The notes under the pieces: model-generated | What the model saw: the letters and a program-made list of their open reading frames with translations, nothing else | What the model was told of the DNA's origin: nothing | The model's database searches: none | Assembly (NCBI RefSeq): GCF_001194135.2 | Contig: NC_068986.1 | Coordinates: 107,547,247-107,592,367 of the forward strand | Direction: 5' to 3' | DNA: 45,121 nucleotides | Source of the DNA: Octopus bimaculoides | Lineage: Eukaryota | Position numbers and translations under genes: made by a program | Shown here: in pieces, positions 23,515-34,949 of the stretch | Layout: the number at the start of each line of letters is the position of its first letter | Position numbering within the stretch: position 1 is the first letter of the stretch

Positions 23515-23842
23515 GACTAATGTGTATAATGTATATAATATGTATAATGTAATATATATCGAACATTCAGGAATAACCTGCTGATACTGATGCGCCGAAA
23601 CAATTGTAGTGATTTGTAATAAAGCCTGTTTGTTCACTCCCTCTTCCCTTATTAAGATCCTTTTGTTCTGCATCTACGTATGCTCGCGGATTTACACATG
23701 CATATCTAGTAAAAGGAGAAGTTCTACTGTACGATAGAAATCGGCAGCCATACACGAAGAGGTGCTTTGGAAAGCATAGTATAAGGTTATTACCCAATTA
23801 ATATTAGATAGATAGATGCAAACATACGTACTACCTACCAGC

Positions 23843-23887
<45 letters not shown>

Positions 23888-25274
23888 NNNNNNNNNNNNN
23901 NNNNNNNNNNNNNNNNNNNNNNNNNNNNNNNNNNNNNNNNNNNNNNNNNNNNNNNNNNNNNNNNNNNNNNNNNNNNNNNNNNNNNNNNNNNNNNNNNNNN
24001 NNNNNNNNNNNNNNNNNNNNNNNNNNNNNNNNNNNNNNNNNNNNNNNNNNNNNNNNNNNNNNNNNNNNNNNNNNNNNNNNNNNNNNNNNNNNNNNNNNNN
24101 NNNNNNNNNNNNNNNNNNNNNNNNNNNNNNNNNNNNNNNNNNNNNNNNNNNNNNNNNNNNNNNNNNNNNNNNNNNNNNNNNNNNNNNNNNNNNNNNNNCA
24201 CACGAACGCACATAATGCATATACATTAGTGAGTGTATATGTTGGGAATGCTTTCATACGGCTTCGGATTTCCCCTAATGATATTTTTATCTTTTTAAAA
24301 AAAATTTCAGTAACGCATTTTCATTTCGAGATAAAAAAAAAAATATATAAATAAATAATTTGAAATTTGTCCTTTTAAAGCAACACTCTTTATCAAAAGG
24401 TCGTGTTACACTTTCAATTTTACTTCCTTATTCATGTGATCTCGTATTTTACTTTTTGTATTTCATTGAATTTCTGAATCATTAACCTTACGTGAAATAT
24501 CTCTGCGATACAACCGACAAGGAAGCAGGCATTTGCTTCATGTACTTTTAGCAAACGAACGTTCAAATCTGGCAAGGTATGACCTTTGGAAACTATTTGA
24601 GTATTCCTGCAATAGAATTACTTCACACACATTTTCTAAATATTTCTGTCTTGGACACAAATTTCTTTAAGTGATTAGTGCGGTGATTTGAACTGATCCT
24701 ATTATATTGCTAACAACATATTCTATTGATCTCCGTGGATGCAACACTTTTGTATCCGCTGGATTTGAAATCGAGACTTTGGCGTCTGAATGTCGGGAAC
24801 GGAGACTTATAATTTGAGATTTGCATCTTTGAAAATATTTCGTCAATTTAAAATTCTGAATTTTTTTTATAAAAAAAAAACTATACACAAAGTTATCAGT
24901 GGTTAAAAATATAGACATAACCAAGATCCACGTTTATATATAAATATATGTATGTACGTCTGCATGTTGAATTGTGCATTATGCATAAGTATTGCATGCA
25001 GTGTATATAGTAGGATATTTATTCATTTTCAGGAACTATGTCACGCTATTTCTGATTGAAGACTAAGTTAAATATGCAAGTGTCTGTCGAATATTGAGTT
25101 ACTTAACTAACAATTTAATACATAGGTTGTTTTATTGATCGGATACCTAGAACAGTCATTGTGGAAAACAAAGCACCTTTCATTAATATACAAGCAAATA
25201 CCTCAAGCACTCAACCATGATGCTATGTACGCGAATTAAATAATGATTGCGCAATACTGTTACATACTTCATCT

Positions 25275-25360
25275 TTTACTTGTTCCAGTCGGTGGCCCGC
25301 AACCATGCTGGAGGGCCAGCATGAAGGGGTTTGTAGTCTAAGAAATCGATACCATAACTT
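25275..25360 (-). mobile_element. SINE family B 3' fragment
   Basis: ttttacttgttccagtc...ccatgctggag...tagtc. Confidence 0.55.
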
Positions 25361-25529
25361 CTTTTTTAAAACGTCTGCTATCATTCTATTGGCCATTTTT
25401 GCCGAACTGCTGGTTTATGAGGATGTAAATAAACATAAACTCTGGTTGACAAGCAATGGTGATTAAATAAACACACACACACACTCTCACACATACATAC
25501 ACACATGCATATATATATATTTTTTTTTT

Positions 25530-25749
25530 GTGTTGGCACTCCGTCGCTTACGATGCCGAGGGTTCCAGTTGATCCGATCAACGGAACAGCCTGCTCGTGA
25601 AATTAACGTGCAAGTGGCTGAGCGCTCCACAGACACGTGTGCCCTTAGCGTAGTTCTCGGGGATATTCAGTGTGACACAGTGTGACAAGGCTGACCCTTT
25701 GAATTACGGGCACAACAGAAACGGGAAGAAAGAGTGAGAGAAAGTTGTG
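25530..25749 (-). mobile_element. SINE family C, 5'-truncated copy
   Basis: Near-identical to 20244-20470; the head is absent. Confidence 0.9.
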
Positions 25750-25969
25750 CAGCTACAATCGTCGATCTTACTTGGCGTTTCCAGCAGCGAGTTTTCGTTA
25801 TAGCAAGTATATATCGCAGGAACTTTAATCAACGGTTATTGTTGGTTCCCGAGAAAAAAAGAGGGCTCTACATTCACACAATCGACAATGTTTNNNNNNN
25901 NNNNNNNNNNNNNNNNNNNNNNNNNNNNNNNNNNNNNNNNNNNNNNNNNTGGCTGGTTGCTGGCTGGTT

Positions 25970-26065
25970 AGTTTGCCGGTTTATTGGGCGAATGGATGGC
26001 TGGCTGGCTGGCTGGATGGATGGATGGCTGGCTGGCTGGCTGGCTGGCTGGATGGATGGATGGTT
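25970..26065 (+). repeat. Compound (GGCT)n/(GGAT)n microsatellite
   Basis: Directly visible. Confidence 0.9.
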
Positions 26066-26205
26066 TTGCAGTTTAATATCTCCGCCAGTGAAACTCCACT
26101 GTCTTCCCTGTGTCAATAATGCAATGACGTAGTCTGCCAGAAGCTTTCTTTTTTAATTTTCTTTTTCAGTTATCAGATTTTACTTATTTCATTAACATGC
26201 TTTTG

Positions 26206-26823
26206 GGATCTTGTTCAAAACGGGGGCACCAGTTTTCATTTATGTTTTATGTAGTGTTTTTGGTACCGAAAGACTTTCAAACTTCGTATACTTATCTATT
26301 TTGTGTTATAGAACAGAAAAATATTTTTGTATTCGAATTTATTTCATGTAAAAAATTGTCTTATTTCGATAATTTCTACTAATCACTGACGTCTATTCAG
26401 TTGAAAACAGTTAGCGTTGTAACGGTGTATATCGTATTAATCCCCTAACCTTAATCCTAACCCTAACTAGACTGTTAACCCTAACCCTAAACCTAAAACT
26501 AACCCTAACTCTGGAATCCGAACTCTAAAATTGTTACACACATAGATACGCACAGCGTAATTTATTATATAAAGAATATATGCGTATAAATTACGATTAA
26601 ACCGGATGAAATATGTCACAGGGAATAACATTTTTATAGACGTCAGTGATTGGTTGAAATTACAGAAATACGACAACTTTAACATGGAATAACTTGCGAT
26701 GTACGTTTTTTTGTTAAGAAGACTAAGAGTAAAAGATGTTTTATATGATACATTCTACCAGTGTCCCAAGTTTCAAAGTGTTTCGTTAAGAAAATACTGG
26801 TGCCCCCGTTTTGAACAAGATCC
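26206..26823. mobile_element. Second Merlin-like non-autonomous element, inverted relative to 13798-14513
   Basis: Same 28-bp TIRs. Perfect 8-bp TSD tgcttttg at 26198-26205 and 26824-26831. Confidence 0.9.
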
Positions 26824-26874
26824 TGCTTTTGTTTGATTTTACCATTCATTTAAAACATTGACATTTCAAGCATG

Positions 26875-27065
26875 CGTACAAGACCAGAGATATAATCATT
26901 CATATCGAGACCAGACAGGTACTTATTTTATGAACCGCGAAAGGACGGAAAGCAATATCAACCTCTGCGGTATTCAAACTCGGAACATACATAAAAGGAA
27001 CATAAGTAAATACCGCAGCGAAATGTTATCCATCACACACTATCTATCCTGGCAATCCATCACCT
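26875..27065 (-). mobile_element. SINE family A, old copy
   Basis: ggtacttattttatgaaccgcgaaaggacggaaagc...ttcaaactcggaac. Confidence 0.65.
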
Positions 27066-28179
27066 TTACAGCCATTTAAAAGTATAGACATTTCTATAAA
27101 GCATACTTGTTTACTGTAGAAATATACATTGAAGTAAATCTACTACTAATATGCTTGTTTTATTTTTTAATCTCTGTGGTTTTCTGTCCTCTTTCCTTTT
27201 ACAATAACAGAATCCTTGCAGACTTTTGGTAGACTTTATATTTACTAAGAAGTATTTGTTATGTGACCGAATGCATCTGAAGGATAGCGGAATGAATCGA
27301 AAGAACATCGAACAAATTGCTTCGTGCTATTTACTTATAGCTTTTTATTGTCGGCGGTTCAAATCTCATTCAGGCTAAGATTTTCTCTTAATTCTATAAG
27401 TTATATAATGGAGCCGATTTAATCAAATATTCCATTCTTTCATTAAACTACTGGTCTTTTTTGCCTAACTTTCACACAAAGTTTCCGTCAAACAAATTCA
27501 CTGATAAGGCGTTATTCGAACCTGGGTTATTGTAGAAGATACTTGTCCAAGGTGGCGCGCATCTCTCTGATAAGGTTGCGAATAGTGACCAAAGGCTGTC
27601 GACAAACCTAGCTGATTGATTGACTGAACAAACCATTAATCAAACAATCGATTAGTTAACTGATTAAACAGTTAACCAAGTTGACAAATAAATAAAGAAG
27701 TGAGAGAGAACCAGTGCGTGTGTTTATTATTGGCATAACAACCGAGATATAACAAAAAGATTCAGAATATTCTTTAGAAAGTAATTTAGACTGAACCGCA
27801 TGCTAATTTTTTAATTGCAAAATGATAATTACTCCGATCATTAATTCTAAAGCTCATGATTTGTTGTTGTTGTTGTTTGTTTTGTTTTTGTTTTTTTTGT
27901 CTTTTTATCTACAAGTCAGAGAAAGGCCTTTATTAGCAGAAATGAATATTTAAATCAGTCAGTACATGACTCAAATTTGATGTAACAGAGCACAAATCTA
28001 GTTCAAGGTAAAATACCCGATCATCTTCAAGAAGTATTGATTTACTTGCAACCATCTATTCAGAATATGAGAGCTTTTAATTTATCGAACCACTTTTTTT
28101 TATATTTGAATTATAGCTTTCTTACTGGTATTCAACAAACATCTGCTACTCTTCATAATTTTATTGTTGTTGTAGTTAC

Positions 28180-28375
28180 GTTTAGCTGCGGGTCAGCTTG
28201 AACGAGTAGATCTACGATCGCAGTAGTCAAGCTGCGACTATTCCATCTTTTCAGAAAGACAGTGTATTTAAGATTGTATTATCTATTATGTGCGCTTCCT
28301 TTTTAGAGAAGGCAGGGTATGTTTCAAGGAAATTTAGCTTTTGTTTCTAGCAGATTGACGGTGTAGTTGATGCTG
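28180..28375 (+). repeat. Interspersed repeat family E (related to 38880-39114)
   Basis: Shared ordered blocks such as ggtcagc..gaacgag..agatct, tttagag/tttagaa, caaggaaatt/caagggacatt and tagcag. Confidence 0.45.
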
Positions 28376-29039
28376 TTTAAACAGTAATCCAGCAGACCTA
28401 TGATCAAATTTTAACTTTGACCATCCACTCTATGTTTGTGAATCCAGGACTATACTGCTATTCATATTTTTAGACGATCAGTATGAATTGGTAACTAATT
28501 TGGCTGCATATAGAATCTCTCTATTTTGATCCTTCATACTGTTTTTATTTGTTGTGTGTGTGTGTGTGTGTGTGTGTGTTTGATTGATTCTATGACTGTT
28601 GTTTCTCTTGCTTTTTTGTTCGTGCTCCGAGATGTTTTCTTTTTTTTTCTTTACGTGCTATCATATTAATACCAATGTCTTGGCCACAAACCTTCGGTGT
28701 TTCATAGCAAAAACCGTCGTTATTCCTACTTAAACCACCATCTCATAAGTACAATAATGCTCCCTAAAGTGTGATATACTGTATTGCCATATTGAAGCCA
28801 TAATACCCAACTTTCATCACCATAGGGGAGGATAGGTACAAAAATCGAATTTCAAGATAGCAATTTTGGCTTTTTTACTAACCTCTATTCTGAAGATCGA
28901 ATGCTAACCCAGGCACATCACTGGTCCCAGCACCTGCATTTGTAGCATCCAGTTCCAGTGAATACTTCCCCGGGGTACTTCATCACTTCTGATGTTCCAT
29001 ATTTTTGCTATTTACATTGCTATTGTCTTTATTTAATTA

Positions 29040-29135
29040 TTCTTTTTATTTGTTTCAGTCATTTGACTGCGGCCATACTGGAGCACTGCCTTTCAGTCGA
29101 ACAAATCGAACCCAAGACTTATTCTTTGTAAGCCT
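29040..29135 (-). mobile_element. SINE family B 3' fragment, ending at the minisatellite
   Basis: tgtttcagtcatttgactgcggccatactggagcactgcc...gacttattctttgtaagcct. Confidence 0.85.
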
Positions 29136-29144
29136 GGGCTAGCC

Positions 29145-29352
29145 GATAGCCATGGCAGCGCCAATAGCCCTGACAGCGCCAGATAGCCCTGACAGCGTAA
29201 GATAGCCCTGACAGCACCAGATAGCCCTGACAGCGTAAGATAGCCCTGACAGCACCAGATAGCCCTGACAGCGTAAGATAGCCCTGACAGCACCAGATAG
29301 CCCTGACAGCACCAGATAGCCCTGACAGCGTCAGATAGCCATGACAGCGCCT
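29145..29352 (+). repeat. 19-bp minisatellite, 11 units (gatagccctgacagc + 4 variable nt)
   Basis: Units end gcca, gcca, gtaa, acca, gtaa, acca, gtaa, acca, acca, gtca, gcct. Confidence 0.95.
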
Positions 29353-30394
29353 ATGCCTAACATTATTGTACCAATATCACATCACATCCTTGACTTCTTG
29401 CTCCCTTATACAAGAGGTCCACAAATAACAGGAGAATAGAATATTCCCATAATGATATCAAGACCAACCTAATTAAATGGCATTGATTTCAGAAGTCGTA
29501 TAAGAAAATGTTTCTTTAATGTTCTGAGAGATAAAATTACAAACAAAAATAGCTTTCCTAATTAGAGTCAAAGCTCTATTTCCCAACCGATTTATATGAC
29601 AAAGAAACAATTTTATAAACTAATTTTACTAAAAGTCAAATTCCTCAAATAGGAAAATAATCAGATATACGCGCATTGGAACCTAGTTTGCAACATAATC
29701 CACTTTTTTCCCCTCTTCTTATATCAAATAACAATCAATAAGGTGAGACTGAAATGCGGTAAACACAATCCACTGTGTCAATGATTCTACCGGTTTATAA
29801 GCTTGTACTGCTGTCTGCTTATTCACGGTTATTAGTATATATCTCCTTGCAGACATTACCCCCCCCCCCCAAAAAAAAATCAAATTCGATCTTTAATGAT
29901 GATAGTCAATATCTAGATAACAAAACTGGTTTTAAGCAGACATTTTGTTAAAAGAATGCCTCGGAAATTTAAATCAATCATTCTTCAGAATTTATATGTT
30001 CCTCAAATTCTTATGCTATACGTGTTATCAGTTTCACTGATTTATTTGTGAATCATCTCTTACCGGTCTGTTGCGCCGGCTTAAATCAATAATGCTCAAT
30101 ACAAACAAAAATTATCGACAACACTGCTGTGCTAGGGGAGTAGAATTCGATAAAATGTTTTCTAAAGAATTAGTTGTTTCTTTCAGGCCAATAACTGAGT
30201 AAGCAGAAATCATTCAACTTAACTGTAGAGCTACACCACCTGTCGAGCAAATACAAGCTTAGCTGTGTTACTTGTCGTTTTTTAGAGTGACATCTTATAT
30301 AAATACAACAACGTTAAAGATTTTAACACAAATGCCTGGCCTCGTCGAAAATGTTAAATGGTAAATATCTTGTCAACAAATATCTGATTTATGT

Positions 30395-30540
30395 TTTATC
30401 GTTTACTTGTAGCAGTCATTAGACTGCGGCTTTGCTGGGGCACCGCTTTGAAAATAAAATAATCCCTGTACTTATTTTATGGGTCTTATTTGTGGAAGCG
30501 CTAAGACTTAAACGAGCCAAAACTGACTATCAAACGAAAG
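30395..30540 (-). mobile_element. SINE family B 3' part, old
   Basis: tttacttgtagcagtcattagactgcggctttgctggggcaccgc. Confidence 0.7.
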
Positions 30541-30895
30541 TAGCATAAATTTGTTTAGGTCGTTTAATATTCCTCAAGTGATCAATAGACCAGTTGAGTA
30601 AACTTGTCAGCTATGTACCTAAAATCACTACTGGAAACAACTGTAAGCCAAATTTGCTCTAATAAAGGAAAAATATGTAACGCCCGTTATCTATAATTTG
30701 TCTTACACATCGCAGTGAAAACCAGTTTGTCTAGAGCCCAACCACGGATTTACAATATAGAATGGTGGTGAACCATAACCTTGGATCCTGCCATAAGTAT
30801 ACTTGGAGTTCTTCACTATATTGTTAGCCTGGTGTTCCAACAGAGAGCTTGTGAAGTATTTTCACAATCAGCTCTTCCCCTCTCTCTCTCTCTCT

Positions 30896-30939
<44 letters not shown>

Positions 30940-31211
30940 NNNNNNNNNNNNNNNNNNNNNNNNNNNNNNNNNNNNNNNNNNNNNNNNNNNNNNNNNNNNN
31001 NNNNNNNNNNNNNNNNNNNNNNNNNNNNNNNNNNNNNNNNNNNNNNNNNNNNNNNNNNNNNNNNNNNNNNNNNNNNNNNNNNNNNNNNNNNNNNNNNNNN
31101 NNNNNNNNNNNNNNNNNNNTGGGTCATCTAACTGCCTGGATGTTTTGCGTTTTTGTCCCATTTTTTGTATTCCTTTTTATATACATATGGTGGTGTACGT
31201 ACCCTTTGGTC

Positions 31212-31244
<33 letters not shown>

Positions 31245-31249
<5 letters not shown>

Positions 31250-31385
31250 GGCAAGTTCGTTTCTTTTTCCGTTTACCAAACACACTCACAAGGCTTTGGT
31301 TGGCTAAGGTGTCACCTCATTGGCAGTGAACCTGAAGCGATGCAACTGGGAAGCAAGCTTCTTACCACATACCCACGCCTGCGTC
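31245..31385 (-). mobile_element. SINE family B head, followed by (TA)n
   Basis: Reverse complement gacgcaggcgtgggtatgtggtaagaagcttgcttcccag... Confidence 0.8.
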
Positions 31386-31517
31386 TACCTGGTTAGTAGT
31401 TTTACCTAAATCATTAAATACGCAGATTTAAGTGAATTCCGGTTTCCTAGCAGTCAAAACTTCAATAAGAGACAACTCAGGGTTACAAATGATTACCATA
31501 AAGATTTGTAATGATAC

Positions 31518-31733
31518 TTCTTCTACTCTAGGCACAAGGCCCGAAATTTTGGGAGAGGGGGCCAGTCGATTAGATCGATCCCAGTACGCAACTGGTACTT
31601 CATTTATCGACCCCGAAAGGGATAAAAGACAAAGTCGACCTCGGCAGAATTTGAACTCTGAACGCAAAGACAGACGAAATACCGCTAAACATTTTGCCCG
31701 GCGTGCTAACGTTTCTGCCAGCTCGCCGTCCTC
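31518..31733 (-). mobile_element. SINE family A with a perfect 17-bp TSD
   Basis: aagatttgtaatgatac at 31501-31517 and 31734-31750. Confidence 0.95.
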
Positions 31734-32508
31734 AAGATTTGTAATGATACGGCAACTCTAAACGCATATGTATGCTAGGTACATCTATAGAGTATAGAGT
31801 CTATACTCTTTAGCTGCATAGACAATCCTTTATGTCGTTAAACCTGCATTTACAAACACGCTACAACTACTAATTACGGTCTGGGTCTGTGATTAAGAAG
31901 CTCGCTTTGAAACGAAGTGCTTCCCCATAGGCTTTTTTTTATAGTTTTCATATTCACACAAAATCGTTGGGTAGTTGATAAGGAAGACAGTATCATGCGA
32001 TATAAAATAGAATTTCTCAAAATCCTGTGTTCAAATTCAATATAATTCTCATTGTCTTAAAACCGAAACTAATTGAAAAATAAACCAGATGGTCGATATA
32101 TCCCGTTACAACACAGTTTTATGGCTAGCTAAATGAAATCAATACAGCATGCAATAAGTGAACTTGATTCTTCGACTCCATTTCAGAAATACGCGTTTGA
32201 CCTTGAAGCTACGAAAGTAGCCTTTAAACGAAGCGTGTGAGTAAAAGTCATTTCATCAATACCTTATGTTGCCTAAATATTTGTTAAATGTCATTCGAGC
32301 TAATATTATAAAGATTGCTTTCAGTGACACAAATACACGTATTTTCTACAAACTGTTGTACAAATAGACACATAAATCTATCGTATTTATTCGTGGACTG
32401 GTATGTATTTTATTGATCTTAGATCGATAAAGGGTAAGGTTGACCCCAGCAGGTTTTGAACTAAGAACGCAGTTAAGCACTTCAAGGGATATTTATTCAT
32501 ACGACAAT

Positions 32509-32714
32509 ATTTTTTTTCTTTTCAACTCAAGGCACACGGCCCGAAATTTTGGGGGAGTGAGCCAGTTGATTAGATCGACCCAGTAAGCAACTGGTATTTA
32601 ATATATCGACCCCGTAAGGACGAATGGCAAAGTCGATCTCGGCGGAATTTGAACTCAGAAGCATATCGGTAAGCATTTCGCCCGGCGTGCTAACGTTTCT
32701 GCCAGCTCGCTGCC
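32509..32714 (-). mobile_element. SINE family A with TSD acgacaat
   Basis: TSD at 32501-32508 and 32715-32722. A poly-T run follows at 32724-32757, and an older copy precedes it at about 32385-32480. Confidence 0.9.
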
Positions 32715-32721
32715 ACGACAA

Positions 32722-32760
<39 letters not shown>

Positions 32761-33613
32761 TTTCTCCGTCTTAGACAATAAAAAGGATATTAATTTTTAT
32801 GTGTAAAACAGTCGTGTTCTAAGCATATGTTAAGAGCCAGTAATATAATATTAATTATTACCAGCTTATTTCTAGATTTAAATCATTCTATTATTTTAAT
32901 ATTAAGTGGGCGGTCTCATATAATTTACCTGTCATTATTTTTTTAACACAAAACAAGTTTGTCTACATATAGAGATCTAAACACCTCACGAATATGCGCA
33001 ACTTTTCAAAAACAATACGCTTTGTTAGAGAACAATAATGGATTTTTTTCTCTATTATAGAGTTCTTTGCAAAAATATTTAAACTAAATTATTATGTGAG
33101 ACAAATGTTTTTCTGAAGCAAACGTTAGCTGACATTTTAAATAATCCAACATAGTTCATTATATTTGCCATAGTTAATTATTCACCGATAGCTTGTTAGA
33201 GAGGGTTGCATAAGGAGTAATAGCGTGTAGTTTGTGAGAGTAAAGACACTGCAGGCATTCTATTGTGTTTAGCGACATGACAGTTTATTCTACGTGTTTG
33301 AGTTCACAGTACGAAAGAAGCATCGTTTTATCAAGGGAAATGCAAACAGACCTAATCATCCATTGATATCTATAAATGTGATTATGAATGGTCAAGAGAT
33401 CTCCCTTGTTATAGAACATTGCACAGTATACATAAATATTTGTCTTCTTTTTGAACATTTGTGCGTGTGAGTGTGTGTGTGTGTCTGTGTCTGCGTGATT
33501 GTATGTATATTGATATATCTGTGTATCTGTATATGTGTGTGTGTGTTTTAATTGATGAGAGATAAAGATGGCTTACGAATCACCTTATCCGCAGTTTCAT
33601 TCGATCAGTCGAC

Positions 33614-33617
<4 letters not shown>

Positions 33618-33656
<39 letters not shown>
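33618..33656 (+). repeat. (CA)n microsatellite
   Basis: Directly visible. Confidence 0.95.
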
Positions 33657-33659
<3 letters not shown>

Positions 33660-34224
33660 CAACCTAACAAGCCTAAAATGTTATTTGCTAAAGTTCAAGA
33701 GTGAAAATTATAATATTCATGAACGACTGATTCAGAACCTGCAGATTCTCTCCTCACATTTATGCTTAGAATTAATTTATCTACTTTCGATACCAGTAAA
33801 TATCTTAGTGACTCTCCGCCGTTAATATTGTTGTTAATGTTGCCATCAAAATTCTAGCGAAAAAGATTTCTTTGTTTGGTATAAATTCCTTCTTTATAGG
33901 AAAAATTTCAATGAGTATTAATGGAAAGAATATACGTGATGGTCAACTAGGTTTAGAGAATGGACATTCTGTTCAGTGAATTTGAAATGAACCTTATCTT
34001 CAATATCAATGTCAGGCCTATAAGCCTTGTTACACACTAGCAACTCTTATAATCAATCTGTAGGTCAACCTTTTTCTTCTTTTTTTTTTCAAGATAGTGA
34101 TGCCATTCGTCACAAAGTTGTGCACAGTTCGCAGTGATTCGCTACAAATAGCAAGGACGCACTCGAGAACCTCAGCGACATCGGATAATAAGTGAAAAGT
34201 ACATAACAAAATAGAATCATATTT

Positions 34225-34815
34225 TTGGTGAGTTTACATCCCCGTAACTTAGCAGTTTGGCAAAAGGACCGATAAAATAAGCACCATGCTTTAAAAAACC
34301 CCACTGGGGTAATTCATTCTAAAACTCCTTCAAACGGTACCCCAGCATGGTCGCAGTCCTATGGATGAAACAAATAAAAGATAAAAGATGAAATAAAACT
34401 GTGAGTTGGCAGAACCGTTAGCGCGTCGAACAAAAAGCTTATTGGTATTTTTTCCGACTCTTTAAGTTCTGCTCCCAAATCCCACCCAGCCCAACATTGC
34501 CTTTCATAGTTTCAGAGTCGATAAAATAATGTACCAATCAAGTACTGGAGTTGATGACATCGATTAACCCTACTTCTCCCCAAAATTGCGGGCCTTGAGC
34601 CAAAACTTGATGTCATTAAGACGGCGAGCTGACTTATTAGCGAGGTGGACAAAATGCTTAGCAGAATTCTTTCCGCTGATTACGTTCTGCATTCAAATCC
34701 CGCCGAGTTTAGCTTTGACTGTCCTCATTTCGGAATCGACAAAATAAACTGCCAAGTCGATATAAGTTACTAACCCTCTCTCCCTGAACATATCGGAATT
34801 CTGCCAAAATTAGTA
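34225..34815 (+). mobile_element. SINE B 3' part (34225-34395) followed by two tandem SINE A copies (34400-34612, 34618-34815)
   Basis: tttacatccccgtaacttagc...ccagcatggtcgcagtc, then two gagttggcagaa/gcgagctg-headed units. Confidence 0.8.
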
Positions 34816-34949
34816 AGAATTATTTATAGATATAGAAGAGACCGAAACTAAAATGTTTTTTAGGTGGGGATTAAAAGTATACCCTAAGCTCTGCTTCTGA
34901 TAAAATAGCCAAGAGAAAGGATCCCTTTGCTGGCTACGTGAATGAATAA

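Noticed and set aside
24710-24826. 38-aa minus-strand frame MQISNYKSPFPTFRRQSLDFKSSGYKSVASTEINRICC
   Set aside because: It looks protein-like but is short and unrecognised, and frames of this length are expected by chance.
28877-28990. TACTAAC branch site with a GC-rich plus-strand frame; minus frame KYPGEVFTGTGCYKCRC (VWC-like)
   Set aside because: There is no convincing donor on plus and no pyrimidine tract on minus, and a stop follows closely.
29145-29352. CRISPR-like appearance of the 19-bp array (and the 12-bp array at 17511)
   Set aside because: There are no unique spacers or cas genes, and the context is eukaryotic.
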